A stretch of 58,932 nucleotides of DNA from Eubacteriales bacterium (GCA_045602325.1 JAZSBH010000053.1:1-58932); one strand, 5' to 3'. Shown: positions 42,211 through 51,502, counted from the first letter of the stretch. Program-made: numbers and translations. The notes: generated from the letters alone by a model not told the origin.

Positions 42211-43890
42211 TTACTGTTTGTCCGCAACCGCCTCGGCGATCAGTTCATCCACCTTGGCGCGAACAGCCAGCATCATGTCGGCGGATCTGGCGCAACGGGA
42301 GAACTTGATCTCCTTTCCGAATACAGCCTCGATCTCGGCGATGACCCGCTCTTTTCCGTAGAAGGATTCCGCCAGCTTCATGGCGCGGCAGTCCTCCAGC
42401 GCCTCGTGGAAGACGATGATACGGGTGGACTCGTAGGCGGTGCCGTCCTCGGCGGGGTAGACCGAGAAGGGGTCTCCCGCGGGAACCCAGTACTCGCCCG
42501 AGGTCTCGGCGTAGGGGTTGACCGTGTTGACAGAGCTCATGTTGTTGTAGAAGTTGTAGCCCCACTGGAGGAAACCTGCGATGTCGTACTTGTAGAACTG
42601 CATTCCGATGGAGCGGGTACGCCAGCCGGGCATGGCGATGAGGCGGTTAGAGACGTCCAGACACTGACCGCAGCAGTAGTAGGTCCACAGCCCAGGAACC
42701 TTACCCTCGATGAAGGGCTCAATGCTGTTGGTGGAGGGGATGGGGGTGGTGACGATGCCTTCGCAGTAGAACTCGTACTCCGACAGGGCGTCCATGATGG
42801 TGTAGCCCTCCAGAATGTCGGCTACCACGGCCTTGGACTTCTTGTACTGCTCCAGCTGGGTGATGTTGGGCTCGTCCGAGATGTGGAACAGGCAGCGCTG
42901 ATCGTCACCGCGCTGCTTCATGTGCTCCAGGAAAGCGGGCAGCATGGTGCGCAGGAAGCGGGTATACTCCTCGCCGGTGGCGTCGGTGTCCCAGCCGAAG
43001 ATACGCTTGTACTCACCATCAACGATCGCCATGACCTTGGGGGCATGCCCCGCGCCCCACTGGGTGAAGAGGTGGGAGATCTCAAAGTAGGGAATATCCA
43101 GGCGGTCGCACATGTCGATCCAGCGATCCAGTTTGTCGAAGCCGAAGGAGTATTCGCTTGCGCCATTGGCGCGGGTGACGGTGATATCCAAAAGCTGGGT
43201 GGTGGTGCGCTCGCCGCCGACGGCGGTATCCAAGGCGGGGGTGAACAGGGGGGTCAGGAGCAGGTTAATGCCGTTTTGACGGGCGGTGCGGGCGAAGTTC
43301 TCCACGATCTCCCAGTGACGCTCCGACCAGGGCTCGCAGTGGTAGTAATTGGCCAGGCAGTCACAGTGGAACCATTGGGTGACCTTCATATCCTGCGCGG
43401 GAAGCTCAGCGTTCAGCACCTCGATGGTGAGGGTCTCGGAGGAGATGGTGTCCTCGCCTGCCATGAGGCTGACCGTGACGGTATAGGAGCCTGCGGGGAG
43501 GTTGCCTTGGGGGTCAAACTGGATCCAGACAGCGCGGAGCTGGTTCTTCATCACCGAGATGGTGCCGCTGTAGTGGAGGGGCTGGAGCCAGTCGGGGTAG
43601 AGGCCGGGCTCCTTGGAGAGGTAGTTATCATCCTCGATCCCGGGGTAGATGGGGTAGGCTACGGGCACCAGCTCTACGGTGCGGGCGGAAACATATTCGG
43701 CGGGCAGACCCTCGATCTTGAGAGCCAGCATGGCGCGGTAAGGGGTATCGATGCCCACGAGGGTATGAAGGAGCTGGAAGGACAGCCGCTGGTTCTTCAT
43801 CATGCGGATGAAGGAGAGGGGGCGGTAGTCCTCAATACGGCTATTCATAAAAGGCTTTTCCAGGGAGGAGACCAGTTTGGTTTTGAACAT
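42211..43890 (-). CDS. DUF4091 / GH123-like glycoside hydrolase family protein
   Basis: 559 aa, cytoplasmic. Motifs QWFHCDCLANYY, LLLTPLFTPALDT, HISDEP and FLQWGYNFYNN are characteristic of the DUF4091 family as I recall it. Confidence 0.78.
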   Translation of the reverse strand: MFKTKLVSSLEKPFMNSRIEDYRPLSFIRMMKNQRLSFQLLHTLVGIDTPYRAMLALKIEGLPAEYVSARTVELVPVAYPIYPGIEDDNYLSKEPGLYPDWLQPLHYSGTISVMKNQLRAVWIQFDPQGNLPAGSYTVTVSLMAGEDTISSETLTIEVLNAELPAQDMKVTQWFHCDCLANYYHCEPWSERHWEIVENFARTARQNGINLLLTPLFTPALDTAVGGERTTTQLLDITVTRANGASEYSFGFDKLDRWIDMCDRLDIPYFEISHLFTQWGAGHAPKVMAIVDGEYKRIFGWDTDATGEEYTRFLRTMLPAFLEHMKQRGDDQRCLFHISDEPNITQLEQYKKSKAVVADILEGYTIMDALSEYEFYCEGIVTTPIPSTNSIEPFIEGKVPGLWTYYCCGQCLDVSNRLIAMPGWRTRSIGMQFYKYDIAGFLQWGYNFYNNMSSVNTVNPYAETSGEYWVPAGDPFSVYPAEDGTAYESTRIIVFHEALEDCRAMKLAESFYGKERVIAEIEAVFGKEIKFSRCARSADMMLAVRAKVDELIAEAVADKQ

Positions 43891-43985
43891 GGTATTGTTT
43901 CCTTTCGGCGGCGGTGCCGCGTGGATTTGGTGACTTTAGTATAGCATATTTTGGGGGATTCGTCAAGGGGCTTGGGTCGAACCGA

Positions 43986-44020
43986 CAGAAAAAGGCGAAA
44001 CGGTCGAGGGGACCGTTTCG
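43986..44020 (-). terminator. Terminator at the 3' edge of cassette C (direct repeat of 46871-46909)
   Basis: CGAAACGGTC/GACCGTTTCG stem followed on minus by CCUUUUUCUG. Confidence 0.7.
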
Positions 44021-44044
44021 GCGTACAATGCTGTGCGTGTTACT

Positions 44045-44809
44045 TTAATCAAATAATGAAATGTGAAGTTGCTTTTTAAGTCCTTTTTTGAGGTGATTCG
44101 GACGGAGAACTGTTAGATTCTCAATCTTGCTTCCACTGGTCAAAGGGGACTGCTTGCCATTTTGGACACATATGGCTTGGTTAGGCACGGATTGCAGAAG
44201 GAGAATGTGTTTTGCGGGGTCATTATTATTCGTTTGGGGGAGTTTTTTGACCCTGTCACGATTCTGATCCAAAATACGACCTTTGGCACGAAGAACTCTG
44301 ATGCCCGAGATTGGAAGTGACGTTCCGCCACCTTCGCGGATGACTCGGCCTTTGCTCGTTGGAGTAATGACGTATTCCTGTGAATTGGAAATCGTCAACG
44401 CGCGTCGGAAAGGGAAAACAATATCGATAAAATGGAGGCATAGGGTACCTTCGTCGGTGGTGATTTCTATGTCGCTTTTATTCGATGTGCCACTCAAAGA
44501 GGCAAAAGGAAAACGAGTTATGTGGAAACGGTATCGGCGGAATAGGCAAAGAAAGAACACCGACACATAGAAATATATTTTTTTGAGAATATAGATCAGT
44601 ATCGGAATTATGAAGACGAGAGTAAGCGCGAATGCCACGATAATCGCGGCAGCAATAACCAAGGTTTTCATGAGTGAGGTATGTCCGAAAACAATGTCCG
44701 CCCAAGAAAGGAACCCTTCGACCAAGAGGCGGGGTAAAGGCCATGTTAGTAGACTTATGACCAATAGAAGGGCGATCAGTATACCGAAAATGAGAAGTTT
44801 TCTTTTCAT
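44045..44809 (-). CDS. Membrane protein of unknown function, low GC, third gene of cassette C
   Basis: 254 aa with AAGGGGT upstream of the ATG. Three N-terminal TM helices, then a soluble domain of about 150 aa. Lies 34 nt downstream of the LRR gene. Confidence 0.6.
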   Translation of the reverse strand: MKRKLLIFGILIALLLVISLLTWPLPRLLVEGFLSWADIVFGHTSLMKTLVIAAAIIVAFALTLVFIIPILIYILKKIYFYVSVFFLCLFRRYRFHITRFPFASLSGTSNKSDIEITTDEGTLCLHFIDIVFPFRRALTISNSQEYVITPTSKGRVIREGGGTSLPISGIRVLRAKGRILDQNRDRVKKLPQTNNNDPAKHILLLQSVPNQAICVQNGKQSPLTSGSKIENLTVLRPNHLKKGLKKQLHISLFD

Positions 44810-44843
44810 GTCTTTACCCCTTTATAATTCATGAGATAGTGAG

Positions 44844-46232
44844 TTAATTCGCTGAACTGAATTGAACGTATGGACGCAGAATCTCTGCGGTTTTTTCGTT
44901 CATCTGAATCTTCGCCCAATCTTCGGCGGTGCCTGCGTATTCAATGACGAGGTTTTCCGAGGAAATGGCCGAAATATTGCCGATTTGGGTGACGGTGGAA
45001 GGGATCACGATGCGCTCCAGCGCGGGGCAGTATTGGAACATTTCAGCACCGAGAGTCTGCACACCATCAAGCAGAATGATCTCTTGCAAATTGTAGCATC
45101 TTGAAAAGCAATAATCAAGAATCACCACTGCGGATGTTTCTACATGAGTGAGACTGGAGCAGTTTGCAAAAGCTTCCATGCCGATCGATTGAACTTTCGG
45201 CATATTTACATGAGTTAAAGCAGTTGCGTCCTTAAATCCGTAATGAGCGATCTCCAAAACACCGGGAAGATCAATCGATTGCAAAGAAGTGCAGCCCCCA
45301 AAGGTACGATCTCCGCCGATAGCGACTACCGATGAAGGGACAGTTATGCTTTCAAGTGCGCTGCAACCATAAAAGACCGAGCCTGTGATAACGGAGCAGG
45401 AATCGGGTATGATGACCGAGGTAATCGTCGTATTTCCTTCAAAAGTGCCACCGTAAATTTGCTTCACACCATTGGGAACAACTACATCTCCGCCGTTACC
45501 GTTATAATCGATCAAGTTATCTGCATATATGACAAATTCCTCGGTGTGAGCATTCAGCCAAGGCGTGCCGTACATGGCGGATTCTTGGATGACGTGTTCG
45601 GGAGTGAGATTGATGTCTGTCAAACTTGAGCAGTGGTAGAAGGCATACGATTTTACACAGCCAAAGTTCTCTCCAACCGTAACCTTTTCCAAAGACAAAC
45701 AACCTAAAAAGGCATATTCAAATATAACCTCTACCGAGTCGGGGAGAATGACTTCGGTGATGTTGGTGTTCCCGCGGAATGCTTCTGGGCCAATGTATCG
45801 AACGATCAAGCCGTCGGGAGAGGTTTCGGGAATACGGACTACTTTGGTTTGCTTACTCATTTTTTTGCTTCCGCTGACATAGCAATAGCCTTCCTTTCCT
45901 TGAACGGGAGTATATTCCAAGCCCTCGGTATAGGAAACGTCTGTGTCAACTTCGGTGGTCTCGGCGGCACTCTCGGTGACGGGCGGGGGATCATTTGTGG
46001 TCACGGGCGGCAGGGTGGGCTCCCTCTGCCCCGCCAGGATAATGGCAGTCAACACCCCCAGCGCGACAACTCCCGAAATAATGGCTACCCCCCATCCGCT
46101 GCTTGCGAAGCGGGCAAAGGCGGACTCGCGGCGGGGCTTGGGGAGGACAGTATCCGGGGCGGGGGGCATACTGCCCAGGATGAACCGCTCGTCGATCTCG
46201 GTCATTTTTTGCGCGATAAGTATGGGCTTCAT
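44844..46232 (-). CDS. Anti-sigma-like membrane protein with BspA-type LRR ectodomain, cassette C
   Basis: 462 aa with an ATGA overlap with sigma C. N-terminal MTEIDERFILGSM, TM SGWGVAIISGVVALGVLTAIILAG, LRR_5-type repeats, and C-terminal cap YAGTAEDWAKI. Confidence 0.85.
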   Translation of the reverse strand: MKPILIAQKMTEIDERFILGSMPPAPDTVLPKPRRESAFARFASSGWGVAIISGVVALGVLTAIILAGQREPTLPPVTTNDPPPVTESAAETTEVDTDVSYTEGLEYTPVQGKEGYCYVSGSKKMSKQTKVVRIPETSPDGLIVRYIGPEAFRGNTNITEVILPDSVEVIFEYAFLGCLSLEKVTVGENFGCVKSYAFYHCSSLTDINLTPEHVIQESAMYGTPWLNAHTEEFVIYADNLIDYNGNGGDVVVPNGVKQIYGGTFEGNTTITSVIIPDSCSVITGSVFYGCSALESITVPSSVVAIGGDRTFGGCTSLQSIDLPGVLEIAHYGFKDATALTHVNMPKVQSIGMEAFANCSSLTHVETSAVVILDYCFSRCYNLQEIILLDGVQTLGAEMFQYCPALERIVIPSTVTQIGNISAISSENLVIEYAGTAEDWAKIQMNEKTAEILRPYVQFSSAN

Positions 46233-46783
46233 AAGCGATACCCCCTTTCATTCAGAAATGCACGGAGTTTTTCGCGGGTACGGGAGAGGCGCATGGTGAC
46301 GGCCTTGGGTGTGAGGCCATGGGTTCGTGCCAGTTCTTTTACGCTTTGCCCATGCCAGTAGCGGCCGCAGAAGAGCTGCCATTCGGGCTCGTCCAGGCGG
46401 CTCAAAAACTGATCCAGCAGGGCGGGGAGCTGATCTGCGTCCTCGTCCTTCATGGGGATACAGTCCCCCAGCTCCTCCAGCGCGACCTCAAAATCTCGGT
46501 TACGCTTGGCGGCGTGGTTGTACTCAAAGCGCTGGAGGGAGAGATTGCGCACGATCTTGGCTAGGAACGCCCGCAGGGAGCGGGGGCGTGTGGGCGGAAT
46601 GCTGTTCCAAGCTTTGAGCCAGGTGTCGTTGACGCACTCCTCGGCGTCGCGGCGGTCGTCCAGAATGCCCAGGGACAGTCGCAGGCAAAAGCCCCCGTAG
46701 TGACGGTCGGTCTCGGCGATGGCCTGCTCGTCCCGGGCGAAGTACAGGTCTATGATGCGGCGGTCGGTTTGCTGTTCATCCAT
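46229..46783 (-). CDS. ECF-like sigma-70 family factor, cassette C
   Basis: RRIIDLYFARDEQAIAETDRHYG...DAEECVNDTWLKAWNSIPP...RTREKLRAFLNERGYRL. The leader CCAACGAAAGGAGACAT is shared with sigma A. Confidence 0.9.
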   Translation of the reverse strand: MDEQQTDRRIIDLYFARDEQAIAETDRHYGGFCLRLSLGILDDRRDAEECVNDTWLKAWNSIPPTRPRSLRAFLAKIVRNLSLQRFEYNHAAKRNRDFEVALEELGDCIPMKDEDADQLPALLDQFLSRLDEPEWQLFCGRYWHGQSVKELARTHGLTPKAVTMRLSRTREKLRAFLNERGYRL

Positions 46784-46870
46784 ATTCGGGAATGTCTCCT
46801 TTCGTTGGTCTTAAAGGCCTTCACATATATAGATCGGAAAACCTTGGAAATGTCCCGCTTTTTGACAGAA

Positions 46871-46909
46871 AATTCAAAAAGCCGAAACGGCCGTGATGAC
46901 CGTTTCGGC
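46871..46909 (-). terminator. Terminator of lipoprotein gene / upstream edge of cassette C
   Basis: GCCGAAACGG/CCGTTTCGGC stem followed on minus by UUUUUGAAUUUU. Confidence 0.75.
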
Positions 46910-46924
46910 ATAGAAGCGTGGGAA

Positions 46925-48910
46925 TTACTCCAGGTTGATGCTCTTGATATAGATCACATCGCCCTCGGCGGAGAAGTCAAAATAGTCAAAGCGGATCAGA
47001 TTGATGTTCCCCTTCCAGTAGGAGTTGGAGGACAGCTTGACCTCCAAGGTGTGATACTCGCCGTCGGCGATGAGGTTCACGCGGATACGGGCGTTGCCGT
47101 CGGGGCCTGTGATCTCACCGGCGCAGAGGAAGAGGTCGCTCTGGTAGAAGGTGGTGCTGTTGCCCGCGGGAATACGGTACTCAATCTTCAAGGTCTGATA
47201 CTCTGCCGCTGACAGGGGGGAGGGGGCAGAGCCGTAGGGGATAGTCACGCTGACGTCGCCGATCGCACCGGCGGTGAGCTTGACGGCTCCCTCTGCCTCA
47301 TCGTACAGAATAGCGGTGTCCACGGGATTCGACAGCATGGCCAGGTTCTTGCCTTCGGTGAAGTCCAGCTTGGTGATGTCGCCGTCAACGGAAGGTAGGC
47401 GGCTACTCTGGTAGTTCTCGCGGAGGTTAGCGTTATCGGTGAAGTCCTTACGGGCGGTGAAGATCTCGCGGATCTCGGCGGTGGAGCCGGCGGCCAGCAG
47501 GTAGCTGTAGTGAATGGGCTGGAAGGACACCATCTTCAGGATGTTAACGGGAGCAACGTAGCCCGTGGATTCGGCCATATCGCTCTTGGAGCCATCGAAC
47601 ATGTAGCGGCCTGCCTTGAGCTGGTCGATGTTGGGGGCGTAGACGCCCAGGCCGTAATCGTCGGCACCGTTGATCCAGGCGCACCAGGTCTCGGTGTTCT
47701 TCTCCCGGAGGATGAAGGTGCACTGACCGGCATGGTCGCCCCAGAAGGGTAGATCGTTCTTGGAGGAGAGGGTATCCCCCGTCCAGGAATTCTCACCGCC
47801 ATACCAGACGAAGGTGTCCAGGTAACTGACGGTATAGAAGGCGGGGAGCTCCTGACCGCGGAAGGGATGCTCCCACCCCGAGTAGTCGGTGAAGCGGTTG
47901 TCCACCCGGATGCAGTCGGACTCCAGAATGTAGGTGTTCTCCATGTAGGAGGGGGTGAGCTGATTATCCAGCGACCAGTCCTGGGGTTGGGCTTTGATGT
48001 AGAGGGAGTTCTCGGTGATGACCAGGTCGATGAGACGGCTGGCGTTGTTGTACTGGTCGCCGCCCTGGACGGGGTTGTAGTTCCATTGGGTATCAAAGGA
48101 AATACCGGGCTCGTACACGCCGGGGATGGGACCCGTGCCGTAGAAGGACTGCTGGATGAGGCGGCCTGTGTCGTGCTTGTTGACCAGATTGACCAGATCG
48201 GGAATGGTGCACTTCTTGTCCTCCAGGTAGCTGACGGTACCGCCCCAGCCCAACTCGACGCCCAACTTGAAGCGTTCATTCTCCAGGTAGTAGGTGTTGT
48301 TGAGATCCTCCAGCTTTTCGGTGGACAGACCCGTTAGGGTGAATTCGGCGGGCTTGCCTGTGCAGGTCTCTATCCGCAGGCCGGTGAGATTGCGGGCACT
48401 GTTCCCCTTCAGAAAGCTGGGGTTCAGACCCGAGAAGGTACCGTCTCCCGCATCCAGGAAGTAGTATTCCTCGGTCTTTTTGCCCCGCTCGGTGAAGGCC
48501 AGCCAGACCTTCAGGGGCTCGGTGGAGGCATAGGTCATGGTGAAGCGGTTGAACCGCTCGTCGAAGGCCTCCTCGGAGAAGGTATAGGTCAGCTCCTCGG
48601 TGAAGGTGACAGTGCCCTTGTCCATGGCGGTGTAGCCCGTGACGGTGTAGGCAAGCCCCATGGGGGTGATCACCGAAGCGGAGCCGCCGTTCTCGGTGAC
48701 CTCAAAATCCTCGGGCATATAGATGGTCTCCCCCTCGGTGGCGGCCTCGGTGTCTGCCGAATCGGTGTCGGGCGTTGTGGCTTGGGTGGAGCTGTTGGTC
48801 CCCGTGGCGGTGGTATCGGCGGGCGTATCCCCTCCCGTACAGGCAACGGTACCCGCCAGCATCACGGAGGCCAGCAGGGCGGCAAGGATTCTCTTACAGG
48901 TGGTTTTCAT
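46925..48910 (-). CDS. Secreted lipoprotein, probable carbohydrate-active or binding protein (family unknown)
   Basis: 661 aa. Lipobox LAGTVAC, a T/D/P-rich linker, then large beta-rich domains. AGGAGAA upstream of the ATG. Confidence 0.78.
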   Translation of the reverse strand: MKTTCKRILAALLASVMLAGTVACTGGDTPADTTATGTNSSTQATTPDTDSADTEAATEGETIYMPEDFEVTENGGSASVITPMGLAYTVTGYTAMDKGTVTFTEELTYTFSEEAFDERFNRFTMTYASTEPLKVWLAFTERGKKTEEYYFLDAGDGTFSGLNPSFLKGNSARNLTGLRIETCTGKPAEFTLTGLSTEKLEDLNNTYYLENERFKLGVELGWGGTVSYLEDKKCTIPDLVNLVNKHDTGRLIQQSFYGTGPIPGVYEPGISFDTQWNYNPVQGGDQYNNASRLIDLVITENSLYIKAQPQDWSLDNQLTPSYMENTYILESDCIRVDNRFTDYSGWEHPFRGQELPAFYTVSYLDTFVWYGGENSWTGDTLSSKNDLPFWGDHAGQCTFILREKNTETWCAWINGADDYGLGVYAPNIDQLKAGRYMFDGSKSDMAESTGYVAPVNILKMVSFQPIHYSYLLAAGSTAEIREIFTARKDFTDNANLRENYQSSRLPSVDGDITKLDFTEGKNLAMLSNPVDTAILYDEAEGAVKLTAGAIGDVSVTIPYGSAPSPLSAAEYQTLKIEYRIPAGNSTTFYQSDLFLCAGEITGPDGNARIRVNLIADGEYHTLEVKLSSNSYWKGNINLIRFDYFDFSAEGDVIYIKSINLE

Positions 48911-48923
48911 AACGTGTTTCTCC

Positions 48924-48965
48924 TATCTTATATCTTGTATCTTGTATCTCGTATCTCGTATCTCA
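48924..48965. repeat. Heptanucleotide tandem array, 6 units
   Basis: TATCTTA TATCTTG TATCTTG TATCTCG TATCTCG TATCTCA. It fills the gap between the HAD stop codon and the lipoprotein RBS. Confidence 0.9.
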
Positions 48966-49646
48966 TTACACACCCAGCACGAGCAGGATCTCCCACAGCT
49001 CGTCCATGGTGGCGGCCACGGGCTGGTCGCCCAGGGCTTTCAGGAACTCATGGGAGCGGTAGCCCCAGGACACGCTGACGGCGTGCATTCCCGCGTTCTT
49101 CGCGGTCATGTAGTCCACGTCGCTGTCCCCGACGTAGACACACTGATCGGGGGTGAGGGGCTCGCCCAGCCGCTCGGAGGCCATCTCCATGATGGCGTAG
49201 GCCATGGCGGGGTCGGGCTTGGAGGGACGGTCGGGACGGTAGCCCTCGGCGGCGATAAAGGTGCCGTCGGCGAAGAGTTGGCTTGCCAACGCCTTCACAA
49301 AGCTGTCCTGCTTGTTGGAGTTCATGGCCACCAGGCAACGCTCATTCAGCTTGGCGAACAGCTCGGCCATACCGTCGTAGGGGGTGGTGAGGGTGTAGGT
49401 GTCGGCGTAGTGCCCTCCGTAGATGGCCAGCAGGCGGTCGATCTCCTCATCGGTGCGGGCGTCCTCGGGGAGGGCTTCCTCAATGTAGCGGCGGGTGTTG
49501 TAGTTCACAAACCGCAATACGCTCTCTCTGGTGTGGGCGGGGTAGCCGCACTCGGTCATGGTGCGGTTGAGACCCTCGACGATGCCCTCCATGGTGTCGG
49601 CGGCGGTGCCGTCCAGGTCGAAAATGACAAGCTTGATTTTGTTCAT
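48966..49646 (-). CDS. HAD-superfamily hydrolase (phosphoglycolate-phosphatase-like)
   Basis: FDLDGTAADT (motif I), a conserved Ser/Thr region, and VGDSDVDYMTAKNAG (motif IV). Confidence 0.88.
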   Translation of the reverse strand: MNKIKLVIFDLDGTAADTMEGIVEGLNRTMTECGYPAHTRESVLRFVNYNTRRYIEEALPEDARTDEEIDRLLAIYGGHYADTYTLTTPYDGMAELFAKLNERCLVAMNSNKQDSFVKALASQLFADGTFIAAEGYRPDRPSKPDPAMAYAIMEMASERLGEPLTPDQCVYVGDSDVDYMTAKNAGMHAVSVSWGYRSHEFLKALGDQPVAATMDELWEILLVLGV

Positions 49647-49678
49647 GATGGATTCCTTTTTCGAATCGTATTCAATTC

Positions 49679-49707
49679 ATTATAGCATATTTGGAGAGAG
49701 AAGTCAA
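49679..49707 (-). promoter_or_regulatory. Sigma-A type promoter of HAD-lipoprotein operon
   Basis: Minus strand TTGACT, 17 nt spacer, TATAAT. Confidence 0.7.
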
Positions 49708-49715
49708 GAGCGGAA

Positions 49716-49748
49716 GGAAAAAAGATGCCGCACGCGGGGTGCGGCATC
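49716..49748 (-). terminator. Terminator of cassette D
   Basis: GATGCCGCAC/GTGCGGCATC stem followed on minus by UUUUUUCC. Confidence 0.75.
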
Positions 49749-49752
49749 AAAA

Positions 49753-50913
49753 TTATGATTCGCCCTGAAATATGACCCGAGCCTCCCATTTCGCTTTGGA
49801 ATCGTCGTTATAGAAGGTGATCTTTTCCCAGTCCTTCCGCGTACCTGCGTACAGGAAAACGGCGGAATTGTCGGGCGGATCGGGTAAAAGGTGCAGAACA
49901 GATGGAGGAAGGGAAACGGTTTCCAGGGCGGGACAACCGTCAAATGCGGAGCCTTCCACAATCTCTAAATTCGGAAGCTCCACCGTTTTCAGCGAGTCGG
50001 CGCCGGTAAATGCCAGGTAGCCCAATTCTGTCAAAAGGGAGTTCTCTGTAGCCGTTACCGAGGTCACGGTATGACAGCCTTCAAAGGCGCCGCTTCCGAT
50101 CGAGCGTACGGTATCCGGCAAAATCACGTCGGTGGCGACTCCTTGATACTTCAGCAGAATACCGCGGAAGATCACGAATTCCTCGGTCTGTGACTCCAGC
50201 CAGGGAGTTCCCTCCATTGAGGCGGAGGTGAAGTAAAGCTTACCGTATTCGGGAGGGAGATCCAACTCGGAAAGATTGGTACAGTTTTTGAAGCAACCGG
50301 GGCTGAAAAGAACCCCTGTGTTTTTGTAGCACACACGAATACGCCGCAATGAGGAACAGTTTTCAAAGGCAGAGTCATCAACCGTAAATACGCCCAACGA
50401 CGAGGCACGGGAGAAGACCACCTCGGTGATGCTCGTGTTTCCGGCAAAGGCACCCTCGGCGACACCCAGCACGTCCCGCCCCTGATCGTCCTTGGGCGGG
50501 ATGTGGATCACGGTGACATCGGTGGCGGTTCCGATTCCCGCGACCTCGACCAGCTTGGGATTCAACTCGCGGTATTCCAGGCCTTTTGTGTAAGGTGGGA
50601 TGGGCTCATCGGTCTCGATCTCTGCCGGCTCGGATTCGGTGACAGCAGGGAAGGGGATATTGGTGCCGACCGGCGGGCCAACGGGATCCCTATGCCCGGC
50701 CATGATAATGAATGCCAGAACGCCCGCAGCCACGATCCCGCTGATCGCTGCCGCGAACCAGCCGCTTTCCCAGAAACGGGAATTATTTCTCGCCCGTCGG
50801 ACACGGGAGGGACAAGCCTTTGCCGCAGTCAGCTCGGGAAGCTCGGCGTCGGCAATGTAGGCGGCGTCGATATGCCCCAGGGCATAGGCCAGGGTGGTAC
50901 TCTGCTCCTTCAT
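49753..50913 (-). CDS. Anti-sigma-like membrane protein with BspA-type LRR ectodomain, cassette D
   Basis: 386 aa with an ATGA overlap with sigma D. N-terminal LGHIDAAYIADAE, TM SGWFAAAISGIVAAGVLAFIIMAG, LRR_5-type repeats, and cap YAGTRKDWEKI. Confidence 0.85.
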   Translation of the reverse strand: MKEQSTTLAYALGHIDAAYIADAELPELTAAKACPSRVRRARNNSRFWESGWFAAAISGIVAAGVLAFIIMAGHRDPVGPPVGTNIPFPAVTESEPAEIETDEPIPPYTKGLEYRELNPKLVEVAGIGTATDVTVIHIPPKDDQGRDVLGVAEGAFAGNTSITEVVFSRASSLGVFTVDDSAFENCSSLRRIRVCYKNTGVLFSPGCFKNCTNLSELDLPPEYGKLYFTSASMEGTPWLESQTEEFVIFRGILLKYQGVATDVILPDTVRSIGSGAFEGCHTVTSVTATENSLLTELGYLAFTGADSLKTVELPNLEIVEGSAFDGCPALETVSLPPSVLHLLPDPPDNSAVFLYAGTRKDWEKITFYNDDSKAKWEARVIFQGES

Positions 50914-51464
50914 ACCTTGAACCCCCTTTCGGTGAGATACTTGCGCAGACGCTCCCGCATACGGTGGAGCTTGACGTAGACCGTATTAGCGGTCATACCG
51001 TAGGCGTGGGCGAGATCGGCTACCTCGTAAAAGTACCAGTACCGCCCCAAGAACAGGTTGCGGTCTGTGGGATCCAGGCTGCCCAGAAAGCCATTGAGTG
51101 CTTCGGTCAAGGCGGGGTTGTCCTGGGCGGTATCGGGGGAGATCATGGTTAGCTCGTCCAGCGCCTCGGTCAGGTTGATATTGCGCTTTGCCCGCCGCAT
51201 GGCGCGGTAGCGGTCAATGGAGAGATGGCGCACCAAACGCCCCAGGTAGTCCTTGAGTGAGAAGGGCTTCTCGGGCGGAATGGTATTCCAGGCCTTGAGG
51301 TAGGTGTCGTTGACACACTCCTCAGCATCGGGCTCGCTCTCCAGGATCTGCACCGATATGGCGTGGATGTAGCTCCCGTAGCGGCGAGCGGTCTCGGTGA
51401 TGGCGCGCTCGTTCCGCTCCCAGTAGAGGCCGATGATGGAGGCGTCGTCAAGGTAGGGCTTCAT
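50910..51464 (-). CDS. ECF-like sigma-70 family factor, cassette D
   Basis: IIGLYWERNERAITETARRYG...DAEECVNDTYLKAWNTIPP...RMRERLRKYLTERGFKV, with AAAGGAG upstream of the ATG. Confidence 0.9.
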   Translation of the reverse strand: MKPYLDDASIIGLYWERNERAITETARRYGSYIHAISVQILESEPDAEECVNDTYLKAWNTIPPEKPFSLKDYLGRLVRHLSIDRYRAMRRAKRNINLTEALDELTMISPDTAQDNPALTEALNGFLGSLDPTDRNLFLGRYWYFYEVADLAHAYGMTANTVYVKLHRMRERLRKYLTERGFKV

Positions 51465-51488
51465 AGTAGCTCCTTTCGGGGGGATTTG

Positions 51489-51496
51489 ATTAGACG
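51489..51496 (-). promoter_or_regulatory. Candidate ECF-type -10 element (CGTCTAAT) upstream of sigma D
   Basis: CGTCTAAT lies 25 nt upstream of the sigma D ATG. The position where a -35 would fall (TAAACCC) lies inside the terminus of repeat copy d. Confidence 0.35.
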
Positions 51497-51502
51497 TTAC
51501 TG

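Noticed and set aside
48924-48965. Possible CRISPR array or other spacer-repeat structure
   Set aside because: The units are 7 bp and contiguous with no spacers. Nowhere in the window is there a 25-40-bp repeat with unique spacers, and no cas genes are present. The LRR periodicity is protein-level only.
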